The notes under the pieces: generated by a model
Seen by the model: the letters and a program-made list of their open reading frames with translations, nothing else
What the model was told of the DNA's origin: nothing
Databases searched by the model: none
In this document: one piece after another, positions 38,036 to 49,521 of the stretch
Position numbering within the stretch: the stretch's first letter is position 1
Layout of the letters: each line of letters starts with the position of its first letter
DNA from: Lama glama
Taxonomy: Eukaryota
DNA: 64,000 bases
Assembly (NCBI GenBank): GCA_028534125.1
Contig: CM052832.1
Coordinates: forward strand, 15,006,001 to 15,070,000
Direction: 5' to 3'
Program-made: the position numbers and the translations under genes

Positions 38036-38059
38036 GTGTGTGTGTGTGTGTGTGTGTGT
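38036..38059. repeat. (GT)12 microsatellite
   Basis: Perfect GT dinucleotide run. Confidence 0.95.
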
Positions 38060-41000
38060 TAGGGGTTCCTTCTGGGGTCGAGCGCCCCCTCCCCACGCGG
38101 GGGCGGGACTGGGAGGTGGAGGCCCCGACTGCGAGAGGCGCCCCCGCACCGGAGTGGTAGGAGGCTGTTTGTGCTGAAATGGGGTAGCAGTGGCAGCGGC
38201 GGCGGGGAGTCCTGAGGCCCAAACGTACGAGCGCCCCTTCCTCCAGGCCATGAGTGACACCCCCACCTTCAGGCTTTCGATCCTTTTTGGAGGAGGCTCC
38301 TTGCTTCTTTCCCTACTCTAGTCACCATCCCTGCCCCTGGTGCGGGAGAAAGCTGCTTTACAGGACTGAGCTGGGCTTGCTTAATGGGATGCCCAAAGCC
38401 ACGTGTCTGTGGAAGCGTGGTTAGTCTGTCTGCCCCTCTGTCAGTCTGGCAGAAAGCCCTGGGTGGTGGTGGAGGGAGGAGTGTGTGTGTTTGTGTTCCA
38501 TCCTAGTCCCTCCCCTCCTCCATTATGGGGTGACAGTAGAGACTCAGGGCAGGCAGGGTGGCCAGTGCTGTAAGAGTCTCCATACTGTGCACCCCATTTC
38601 TACAGCCTGCTACTCAGCTCACATCCCTGGGGCAGCTCATGGTGGAAGTGAAGAATTCCCATCTCCCCATTCTCAGGATATGCCCTGGGTCTGCCCCACT
38701 TTCTCACTGGAGCCACATGTGATGCTGGGCCTCAAGCTCTGGGTATGTACCCTCAGCTCCTCAGAGGTCTCCGAGCCTAGGTGTTGGGAGAACTTCCATG
38801 AAAAAGAGAGGACCTGCAGGAGCTTTTCCTGAGGACCTACCCAACTTGACAGAGAGAATTTCCACAGAGGCATCTGGAGGCTTCTGGGTGTGATCACCTA
38901 CCAGGCAAGGGGCTTATCTCCTCTCCTGGGCAGGCCCAGGGGTCTAGTGGCAAGGCACCCTGAAGAAGGCGTGGCTACAATGGAGAGAGCCCTTGCTCCT
39001 CTCCCTGGCCCACCCAAGGACCACTTCTTGGAGTGCCTCTCCAGCCCCTAGAGTCCTGTCCTTAGGATGGGGTGGGGGACCTTTGGGGATGGTGCTTCTG
39101 TATGCCCTGGGTGGGCATGCTTGCCCACTTGTGACCACTATCTTCATCTCCCCACTTTTGTCATTATATCCATCAACTTTCCCCCATCTGTAAACTTATC
39201 GTATCCTGAGGTCTTAGTTACTTCCAGGGCTACCCCTCCCAGGGGCGTTTGCATTTAAGAGAGACTTGGAGAGGAGGAAGGCAAGGCTTAGTGGGTTTTC
39301 TGGAGAGAGATGTATGGAATGTTAGGGGGGGCATGCATCATATCACACAGCAAGGCCTGAGCTGGCAGAGAGGGAGGAGGGGGAGGCAGGAGCCTGTCAG
39401 GAGTTGAGCTGCTTTTTTGGCCTCAGTGGCCTAGCAGAGGCTGCTCCTCCCTCCCTCCTCCCTCTTCTCCCAACCTGCGTCTGGGCGGCTTCATTCTGTT
39501 GGAGGCGTGACGTCTCCAGGAGGGAGCGCCTTCCACAGCGGCAGGGAGGCAGGCAGGCAGCCGAGGTAGGTATGAGAGCAGGCTTGTGCGTGAGCGGTGT
39601 GCTGGCCAGAGGGTCAGGTGGTGGGCCCAGACCAGAAGGGCTCTGCAGTCCCCATCTGCCTCCTGAGGGGTCCCCAACCCAGCCTCCAAGATGTTTGGCC
39701 ACACCCGAATGTACCCTGCTGCAGGGGGACAGCTGGCAGGAAAAGATCTGACCAGAATCCATGGGCCTCTGAGCTTTATAATTACAGCCAATAGGTACAT
39801 CCTCTCCCCTAGTCAAGTGTGGAGTCGGCAGCCCCTAATTACCACCCACCCCAAGAAATCTGCCCACCCCTGCTGTCCTCCTCTGCTCAGCCTAGCACCC
39901 AACTTTCCAGTGGGCAGGCCCCGCTGGCAGCCTGGGCAGCTGGGCCCAGTGGCTGCTGGCTGGAAGGTTATCTCGCTTCTGCAGAGTGATAGCCGCCTTT
40001 TCCACCCGAAGAAGGCAATGGGGAGCTGGCATCTGGGCTCTGGCCCTGCTCACAGGCTGGCAGGAAAGCTGCGGGCAGTCCAGGCCGACCTGAGGGAGGA
40101 GGCTGAGGGGCTTCCCCTGGTGGGCAGCGGCCCAAGCAGAGGGCATCAGCTTTCTGTTTCTCCCACACAGCCTGGTGCTGGCTCTTAGAAAGAGCAGGGA
40201 GGGCTTGTATCCCTGTCAACTCTGCCCTAGTTAGGGGGGAACTATCAAAAATTAATTTAGAAATTTCACTGCCTTTGGCCCTTGCCAGAGTGCAGGCTGC
40301 CATTTCTCTTGCTCCTGTAAACTCGGTTTCTTTCCTCTTGCAGTTTCTGGCCTCCCTGTCCTCTCCCACAGCCTTTCTCCCACTGTCTTCCTGCTGCCTC
40401 CCAGCCCAACCCTAAGCTCATAGCTCTGTGTTCCCAACAAGCATCCTTCTCCCCCACCAGTCCTGGAGTCAAGCTCTGGGGGCTTCTTCCTTGGTCCCCC
40501 TGCTCCTCCTACCTCTTGCCCTGTAGGGAAGCTTATAAACGAAACTTGCTTAGGAAAGATGAAGCCTTTCCTGCAGCCCTGCCCATCAGCCTCCCAGGCC
40601 ACAGGCCAGAGAGAGCCACTCACTGCCTTGTTCAAGTTCCTCTTGGCTCCTTGGGAAAAAAAGCACCACAAGGATAGTAAAAATCACCCCTTAAATTAAA
40701 GCTGATAACTCCTGTTGAAATGTTTTATTATTAACCTCACTGTTTAGCAATCTGTGGCAGCAGTGAGGCATAAATATATGTGTACACGTGTATATTAAAT
40801 AAATTGGGGAACACAGTACATAATGACATTATCTGGACCCCATTCAATTAAGGCAGATATTGTCTGTGGTAATTGGGAAATGCCAGCCCATAATGACATC
40901 TGTGCCATTTCAGGCCGAGCCATGCTGACGAGCAGGCTGTGGTGTCTCAGTTAAGCCTCCCTCTTCTCTTGGAGAAAACACTGCTGCTGTTGGTTGTGAT

Positions 41001-41914
41001 GGCGGCCCCAGGAGAGTTCAGCTAGCTGCTCGTCCACCTGCTGGGCCACCCGCATCAGGACCAGGAGGTTTGGGTCCTACCTCTTCCCCCACATTCAATC
41101 CTCCCAGCCACCCCTGTGCTCCTCAGGGGGACAGAGAGTAGCCTCCTGCCCCGTTTTCTGGTTGGGGCCGTGACTTCTAGTAAAAACACTTCATTGCTAC
41201 AGGGTTATTTTTAGATTTGAATATAGAAATAAAGATTGGGGATTTGACCTGGATTCTTAAGTTTCTGGCGGGTGATTGCTTCTCAGATGTCACTGCCCCT
41301 TCTTTGTGTCTGGCCTCAGGGTGGTTTAGGGATGGAAGTCTCACCTACAATCGTGATTATGTTCAAGACTGTGCAGGACAGTAGAGTTTGGACACTGACT
41401 CGCTAAGCCAGTGGGCCCCAGTTTTCCAGGGCAGTGCCGGGGTTGAGGGGGAGACAGGAAGGAGAGAGGAAGAAACAGCATTAGCGCAAAGCCCACAATA
41501 GCAACAGCTGCAAACAAAGAAAATTGCCCACTGGGGTGTTGTGTTGGCAAATGGGATGGGGGTGGTGGTGGGGTGAATTGGGGTGGGAAGGAGAGGTCTG
41601 CAGTTCTGCTTGGAAGTGGGGGTTGGTGGCTGGAGGAGACCCAAGCAAGCTTGGGCTTGGTGGCTGGCCCTTAGCTCTTGGAGAGAAGGAAGGTCAAGGC
41701 TGGATATTTTCTGGGCTGAATTGGTGGGCTCCAGTGCCAATGAGATGTGCTTGCTTTGCCCTTCAAATGATGCCAGCTGCTGTGGCCTTAGCAGGTGGCT
41801 GCCCTGTAAGTCTCAGGTTTTTCTTGTTATGAGACCCTGCCTGCTGCTGTGCTCAAAGTGGATCCTCTTTTCTCTGTCCACACCATGACCCCCAAGGTCC
41901 TGCTTGATCTTGTG

Positions 41915-42435
41915 CTCGGAGCCCTCTCTGACCTCCTCTCCTGCCTCTCCCCTTCCCACTGCCCTTCAGTCATACCAGCCTCCTTGCTGTTCCTTGAACA
42001 ATGAATGCTAATTGCATGCCCACCTCAGGGCCTTTGCACGTGCTGTTCTCGCTACCTGCGATGCTTTTCTCCCACCTCAAGATACATGGCTCATGTCTTT
42101 ACTGTTTTTAATCTGCTTAAATGCCCCCTACTTTGAAAAGTCTTCCCTGACGATCTTTTTTTTTTTTCCGAAAAAGACCGTATGGATCATTCCCTATCTT
42201 CTTACCTGCTTTATTTATCTTCATAGCCCCTTGATTCTCTGAATTGCCACACATCTCTGTGTAGATGTATTTATTGTCCCTCCTGTGCCACCTGCTGCTG
42301 AGATGTTGGCTTCACAGGGCAAGTGTTTGGGCCTGTTTGACTCCCCACATTTCCCCAGTGCCCAGAGCAGAGTCTGACACACAGCAGGTGCTAAGCTCAT
42401 ATTAGTGGTGCATTGACTAACTGAACAGTCATGAA
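41915..42435 (+). mobile_element. L2 3' region
   Basis: ccagcctccttgctgttccttgaaca..cctcagggcctttgcacgtgctgttc..ccagtgcccagagcagagtctgacacacagcaggtgct. Confidence 0.8.
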
Positions 42436-45400
42436 TTGTATTCCATGTCTGACCACACAAAAACTCAGTGCAAGATCTGAGTCCCACTCTGTGAACCTGG
42501 AACGCTGCTGCAGACTACCCCTCGCCCCCACCCACCTGCCCTGGGCCTTTGTGGGAGTGGCTGCCATTCTGACTCTGGGCAGGAACCCAGCTTTATCTGG
42601 TTGTTTATTGAGAATTTCCTGTGTTCTGAGTCTTGGGCTAGGCACGGAGATACAGAGATGAAGGTGGTGCTGTCCATGCCGGCGCTTAACATGCTCCCAG
42701 GCTCATCAGTGCCAAATAACACCACAGAGAGAGAGAGAACGCGGTAAGAGGAACTGGAATAATCAGGCCGGGCTTCCTGGATGAGGAAGGCTCTCATTTG
42801 CTCACTTGAAGGGTGAGCCTCACAGGGAGGAGGCTGGAGGGAATCGAAGTGTGGAGGAAGCATGGGCAATTGATTTAAAGTTTTTTCTTTCATAGTTTCC
42901 ACCAGCATTCAGCTAAGGATCTACTTCCACCATCCCTTCTACACATACTTCTCAGAGCCCACGACATGCCCAGCACAGACCCAGGCACTTCTGTGTCATG
43001 TCCATGTTGTTTTGGTGGAACAGAAAGAGGATGCCTTTTGAAGTGAGGTCTGAGGTTTCCGAACTTGGGAGGTTTCCTGAAGAGGCTGGTAGGCTGGAGC
43101 AGCTCAGGAAATTGAAGGGAAGGGGGCATGGGGCCCAGACCCCCACGATGCCCTCTTTGCTTAGAACATGGCTTGGGCTGGATGGGTGTCTGGGAGCAGG
43201 ACTGTCCTTTCTATTAACACAGAAATAGACTACCTGGGAGAGAAGAGTAGGAAGAGCCCAGGTATCATTCATTCACTTCTGCAAACCCTGATGGGGGATG
43301 CCAGGCACTGTGCAGGCTGGGATACAGAGATATCAAGATGCATGTGATGTGATCCCCTCAAGTTGTGGTCCAGCTGGGAAGATGGTTGGGCTGCTAGGAC
43401 TTGAGGTAGCTAATTGGTCATCTCCCTTTCCCCGCAGACTCACCATACAGTTGGAGATCAAACTATGGGCTTTGTGGCTGGTGCGGCTGGAGTAGAGTAG
43501 GCTTCTGATTACTTGTTCGCTGGGTCTAGGCTTTGTCCATCTGGGAGGAGGATGTCCAGCAAACCCCACTGCTGCCCAGACAGTGCACATCCCCAGGGGG
43601 ACAATAGAAAGGGGACCTCAGAGGTGGCCTGCAGTCCAGCATCTTGGGCCTTGAGCGGGTAGGGGTGGTATAGAAAGGAAGGGAGAGGCTTCAGTTTCTC
43701 CCTCACTTTCCCCCTTGGGGAGCTGAGCTGCCAGCCCTCCTTGGATGGAAACGTGAGATGTGGGTGATGAGGCATCTAAACAGTTAAGGGGATTCAAACC
43801 TGACTCTACTCATCCATTCATAATTCCTGAGCTTCTCGGAGCACCTGGGCTGGGCTGGGCACAACAGAGGCAAAGATGACTGGAGATGAAATACATGTTG
43901 GAGGGACGTGGAAAAGCGAGGGGAGGGGCCACCACAGGTGTGTGTGGGGGCCTGAGTCAAGAAAGGCAGAGGACAGGGGTGCTGGGGTCACTCTGCCTGG
44001 GCCTGGAGCCCTTTCCTTGCTCAGTCTGTAGAGGAGTGGGGAGCCTGTGTTTCCCCTCAGAGGGCTGGAGGCACAACTGAGCCTCTGGTTACAGCCCCCA
44101 CCCCTGACCCACTTTGCCCTTTATTTTGTATTTTGGAGAATTCTATTTCTTTAGCTTTGGGAGAATAAAAGGCAGCTCAGTGAAAACTAAGTTGGAGTTT
44201 AGTAAATCAGAGTAGTTCTATTCTGGTTGTTGTTTTGTGGTTTGTGGTTCTTTCTGGCCCAGGCCCTGGTTGCAGAGGGAAGAGTTGAGGTTAGCAGAAG
44301 AAAAGCCTGGTGTCCTGCTTGTTAAGACTTGGAAGGGGTCGTTGGGGCAGTTTTGGGGACTCCCTCAGGTGTCTGAGAGGCCCTCAGATGGTGGAGGTGG
44401 GGTGGGGGTAGACTGCAACCTTCCCCCTACTCGCACTCACATCCTATTTCACTGAAGATAATATTCTGGAAAATGCCATTGGCCAGTGAACTACTGCTCT
44501 TCTTTTTGCTCCTTATCCCTCCCTACCTACTTCTGTCCTCCCCTGGAGCTAAGGAATCTAGCAAGGGACACAGAGGGAAGTGGTTAGAGGGCAAAGGAGG
44601 GAGGAGGGAGGCGGGGAAGGCAGAGGGAAGTACGGGAGAGGAGGCCCACCTGCGGGTGGGCAGGCACACTGGCTCCGACCTACAGCCATCCTGGTGATTT
44701 CACCTTTCCCCAACTGTCTCAGGATTGAGCCTTCCTGGCTGTTTTGGACCTGGGCAGGGAGCGGAGTGGGTGGTTGTGGGTGAGTGGGTGGTCCGAGGGC
44801 TCCAAGCTCTACCCCAGCTTGCCGCTCCCCATGGAGGGGACCCGTCGTCAGGGAGGGAGGATTCACCTGGCTCCCCACCCGCCCCACCCCAGCCTGTGCT
44901 CTCTGTGGCTCCTTTCACTCCTGGGTATTTTTACTTTTCCCTTGTGCCTGTTGTGCAGGATCAAAGGGAGGAGGGGAGGCTAAAAGAGGCAGTGGTTTGC
45001 CCAGCTCTTTGAGAAGCTCAGACAAGGCAGGCCTGGTAGGAATGAGGGTTGGAGTGGGGCCTGCTGTAGGCAGGCTGGGACCCAGGCTGTTGGAGGGGGG
45101 CCTAGTGGGGCTCTCACCAGCTTGGGGCGGGGTCTGGGTCCTTGGGGGTCTAGATTCTAATTTTGTAGGTATCTGCTCTCCTCCTCACTGAGGCCTCCTT
45201 CCCCATGTGGCCCCTGTCTTTTCATGTGTATGGTGTGTCTATGCATGTACTGCTCAGCCCAGAGGTGCTCAAGCTTCAAGGAGAAACCAGGTTGTGCCCT
45301 CATGAAGGATCTGGAAGCCTGAGCAGGGCCTGACTGTCTCAGAAGCTGCTGTGCATTGGTCTCCCAGCCTGAATCTGCCCTGCTGCAGCCTCGGCACACC

Positions 45401-45569
45401 ACCTGTCATGATGCCAAAAATTCCTCCATTTGAAATTTAGGAAAACCAAGCCTGAGCTCCCAGGATGTTGGAACAGGGTGGGGCCTGAGAGACCCTCTGG
45501 GCCAGCGCGGTGGAGCATTCAGGGCCTGGGGCAGCCTGCACAAGCTCTGTGTCCCTGGGCCTTGTCAAT

Positions 45570-45710
45570 GTATGAGGTTTGGTGCCTCAGCTTCCTCATC
45601 TGTGTGACGGGGATAAAAATACCACCTAGCTCGTCAGCATGTGTTACCTGAGAAAATGTAAGCAAAGCACTTCGGACCGTGCCTGGCACACAACAGTATG
45701 CTGTCATTTG
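45570..45710. mobile_element. MIR
   Basis: gcctcagcttcctcatctgtg..aaagcactt..gtgcctggcaca. Confidence 0.75.
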
Positions 45711-47763
45711 CTGTGATTTCTCCATGGGGCACTTACTGGTATTGGGACAATACAGTGTTTCATTGTGCAGGGTGTCCCACCCATGCCATCTCTAACCCCT
45801 GCCTGGATGCAGGCCAGTAGGTGACTCCCTCTTATCACTGTGACAACTGAAATGCCCCACAGGGACAGTATGGCCTCCAGACTGGATCTTACTCCAGCTC
45901 ATCCACTTTACAGATTTTGAAACTGAGGACTCCCTTGGGGACAAGCCTTGCCTTCAGCCGGGCAGGACTGGGGTTGTCTAAGGCTTCTCCTGTTTCTCTT
46001 CTGAATTGCCTGGCGCTGGCATTAGCAGCTAGTACCCCACATCTTCTCACTCCCCACAGCCACCTGGGGAAGGGAGCTGATAAACTCACTCACACAAAGG
46101 TGAGAGCGCTGATGATGGTTCCATGCAGGTGCAGCCTCTCTCCTGCATTTTAACAGCTCCTTAGCCTTCCCCAAAGCACTGACCCCCAGCCCCAGGTCAC
46201 TAGGTCCTGGCTTCCCCAGGCTCCCTCAGACTGGTTCTGGCTTTGAGTCCTCACCCATCTTGACTTGCTGTGTGACTTCGGGAGAGTTACATGATGCCTC
46301 TGGGCTACTGGTTCACCAGCAGAGGAGGGCTAAGGAGAATTAAGAGCCATACTCTTGGCCCCTAAGGAGCTAATAAGGGAGGGAGCATTTTGACGAGAGG
46401 TGAGGGTTCAGAATGAGCTTGCCAGAGAAGCCCAGGAGCTGAGGCTGGACCCTGAGATGCTGCACCCTCTCCTCCCTTCCTCTGCCCACAGAACTGGAGC
46501 AGTCAGGGCCTCTGTAGGGGGAATTACAGATGGGGGATGGGTGGCTCTGAGACCACCACTTGGTGCTGATGGAGAACTTTTCCAGGGAAACCTCCCAATC
46601 CAAACACAGGCTGTTCCAAATGGCTGGGGAAACTGAGGCACAGAACGGGCAAGTGGCTTGCTGGTCTCCATTTGACAAACCCAAGGGGAGGAGAGCCTGG
46701 GGTCAGCCCCCAAGCCGAGCCCTGACTCAGCTTTTAACCCTTCTCCCCATGGCCTCCTAAATTGAGGGGAGGGAGGTTGCTGGCTTTGCGGGAAGGAATC
46801 CCCTGGGGAAATCTGCCCAAATTAGCAGTGAGAATGAGGAAGAGCTGGTGTTCTCTCCTCTACCCTTGCAGATAAATATTTAATCACAACAACAATAATA
46901 ATGATGATCATCGAAATAATTTACAGTAGCTGTAAACCTGAGCCCCTCTCAGAGGGAGGAAGTGGGGGAGAGAGAAGGAGCAATGACAAAATTGAGAGTT
47001 AAAGACCCTTAGAAAAAGGGAGTGAGAGGGAGGCCAAGCAAGTGAAAAGGAGCCTCAACTGAGTTTACCCTCTGCTTGGGGTAAGCTGGGCAGCTGGGGT
47101 GGGAATGTGAACGGGAGGGTCCACCTAGCACACCCCGATTCAGGAGGAGCACCCCAAACTCCGAGAGCCCCAGCTTCTCCCTGGCCTCCAGACTGAGCAG
47201 CTCCCGGTCCGGATTTCTTCTCCTGAGACCTTTTTGGCTTTCCCTGACTCTGAGTCCTCAAGGAGCCTAAGTGTGTCCGGTTCCAGAGCTGGGAGCCGGG
47301 AGGTTGAGTTCCAGGCGGCATCCTGCTGCTCACTAGCTGTGTGATCCGGGACAAGCAATCTCCTGCTCTGGGCCTCAGTTTCCTCGTCTCTGAGATGAGT
47401 CAGGCCCATGGGACTGGTTTCTGCCTGCTCCTTCCTGTGGGTATGTGTTGAGAGGGGCCCCTCTTCTTCCCAAGCCTCCCAGGCTGTTCCCTGGGGAGTG
47501 TGCTCTCTGATGCCTGCGATTCTGATGGCAGTGGGCACAGGCCTTAAGAAGAAGTCTTCAAACGTGACCTAATTTCTACCTTAAGTTCTCCCATTTGAAC
47601 TGAAGTCAAGCAGCAGCCAGAGGAAACCAAGTTCAGGAGATTTGTGGAGTCTTTGGAGATAACCTCCAGCATCTCCTTCTCTCAGGCTCCTGATGAGAGA
47701 TGAGAATAGCTAATGTCTTCTTTGGGCTTCTGTTTGATTCTGTCTCTCTCTCTCTCTCCTAAG

Positions 47764-48137
47764 GTTGGTAGGAGGAGAACACTGGAGCTGTATTCTGTTT
47801 GATGCCAAGATACGCCAAGCTAGGAGCACTCTCCTCCTTTCTCATCCACCAAGAACAGGCCTGCAGGACTTGGGGACCAAGACCAGAGCTTTGCTGCACC
47901 CTGGCCACTCCCTGCCATCTGTGAGCGTGGCCTGTGCCGGCAACTGAGCATTGCCTGAGGGGCGGGAGCACCAATATGGTTCAGCCCATTGGCCGCCCTC
48001 AGCCACCCCGCTGCTGAAGCTTCCCTGGAGAGACTTGTGGGGGCTGCTCTGCCCATGCTTCCCCAGGCTGTGGGGCCAGGGGCCCGCCAAGGCTAGGAGT
48101 GGGACCTGCCATTCATGGGTCTCTAGGAATTTCCGAG
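47764..48137 (+). other. GRM4: 5'UTR part of the first coding exon of GRM4
   Basis: Branch-like gctaat at 47709-47714, (TC)n polypyrimidine tract about 47738-47760, then AAG|GTTGG with acceptor AG at 47762-47763. Confidence 0.75.
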
Positions 48138-48656
48138 ATGCCTGGGAAGAGGGGCCGGGGCTGGTGGTGGGCCCGGCTGCCCCTCTGCCTGCTCCTCAGC
48201 CTTTATGGGTCCTGGGTGCCTTCCTCCTTGGGGAAGCCCAAAGGCCACCCCCACATGAATTCTATCCGCATAGATGGTGACATCACTCTGGGAGGCCTGT
48301 TCCCGGTGCATGGCCGGGGCTCAGAGGGCAAGGCCTGTGGCGAACTCAAGAAGGAAAAGGGCATCCACCGGTTGGAGGCCATGCTCTTTGCCCTGGATCG
48401 CATCAACAATGATCCGGACCTGCTGCCCAACATCACGCTGGGCGCCCGCATTCTGGACACCTGCTCCAGGGACACCCATGCCCTCGAGCAGTCACTGACC
48501 TTTGTGCAGGCGCTCATCGAGAAGGACGGCACGGAGGTCCGCTGTGGCAGTGGCGGCCCACCCATCATCACCAAACCTGAGCGCGTGGTGGGTGTCATTG
48601 GTGCTTCAGGGAGTTCGGTCTCCATCATGGTGGCCAACATCCTTCGTCTCTTCAAG
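48138..48656 (+). CDS. GRM4: Metabotropic glutamate receptor 4, first coding exon (aa 1-173); gene continues beyond the window
   Basis: Translation [58 protein letters not shown]...[35 protein letters not shown]...[21 protein letters not shown] is the mGluR4 signal peptide and Venus flytrap start (K74, R78, S159 present). ATG context gagATGc; phase-0 donor AAG|GTTAGT at 48656/48657. Confidence 0.98.
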
Positions 48657-48875
48657 GTTAGTACCTGATTGGTTGACCTGGAGGTGTTCTCTCACCAACA
48701 ACCCCAGCCCTCCACACCCAGGGGTCTGGGCCTACCCAGCTCCTTTCTCCTCTTCTCTCCCCGAATCCGCGGGAGAGTGTTTCCCACCCACCCCTCCAGC
48801 TCCTTCCAGCCATATCTGAGAATTTGGGGGCCACCTATAGTCAGAGTGAAGGTGTTTGGAGGGACCCAGCTCTGT

Positions 48876-48896
48876 GGTGCTGACCGTGGTGCTGAA
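48876..48896 (-). promoter_or_regulatory. RE1/NRSE (REST binding site)
   Basis: Minus strand TTCAGCACCACGGTCAGCACC versus consensus TTCAGCACCACGGACAGCGCC, 19/21 match. Confidence 0.85.
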
Positions 48897-49421
48897 ACAG
48901 CACCTGCAGCGGGCAGCTCCTTGATCAACTCAGCTCCTCTGCAGGAAATTCTGAACCAAGAGGGGAAAAAGAAGTGTTGGTGAACAACAGAAGGGAGGAG
49001 ATGGGCAGATAGATGTATTAAAAAACCAGACAGATGGGTAGATAGAAATATAAGTAGCTAGAAAGGTAGACAGGTTAAAAGATAAACATAGAATTCATAA
49101 AACATGTGAATGTTGGAGATTGCAAGGGAAATAAAGCAAGACTTCTGTTTTGACATTGTTTTCAAATAGTTACAATTCCCAAGAAAGCTATGGTTTGTTT
49201 TTTTTTTTTTTCTGTGTAGTTGAGAAAGCCCTGCGTGGCCCTCCTGCTCCACCTCAAGATTATAGTTAGAAAATGTGTCCTGATTTTTTAGATGAGGCGT
49301 TGGCTACTGAGCCCGCAGGGAATGGAGATGAGGACGGGAAAAGGCCTGCAGGGAGCACGTGGTCCCTGTTTCTGGTGCCCGCGGCCCTAACCTGGCTTCC
49401 CTCGCTCACTTTTCTGCTCTT

Positions 49422-49521
49422 NNNNNNNNNNNNNNNNNNNNNNNNNNNNNNNNNNNNNNNNNNNNNNNNNNNNNNNNNNNNNNNNNNNNNNNNNNNNNNN
49501 NNNNNNNNNNNNNNNNNNNNN
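49422..49521. other. Assembly gap (100 N)
   Basis: Run of exactly 100 N, typical of an unsized gap. Confidence 0.99.

Larger units (their letters stand above)
36480..38230. promoter_or_regulatory. CpG island, main GRM4 promoter
   Basis: Very high GC and CpG density with GC boxes, about 10 kb upstream of the first coding exon. Confidence 0.9.

Noticed and set aside
40905..40960. ttttcag acceptor-like site followed by gagccATG
   Set aside because: Short pyrimidine tract and no convincing donor or ORF; insufficient to call an exon.
48099..48137. 13-aa N-terminal extension of GRM4 in the ORF track
   Set aside because: Starts at GTG; the known protein begins at ATG 48138 with the signal peptide.
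48203..48655. 150-aa antisense ORF
   Set aside because: Shadow of the GRM4 exon caused by its codon bias.
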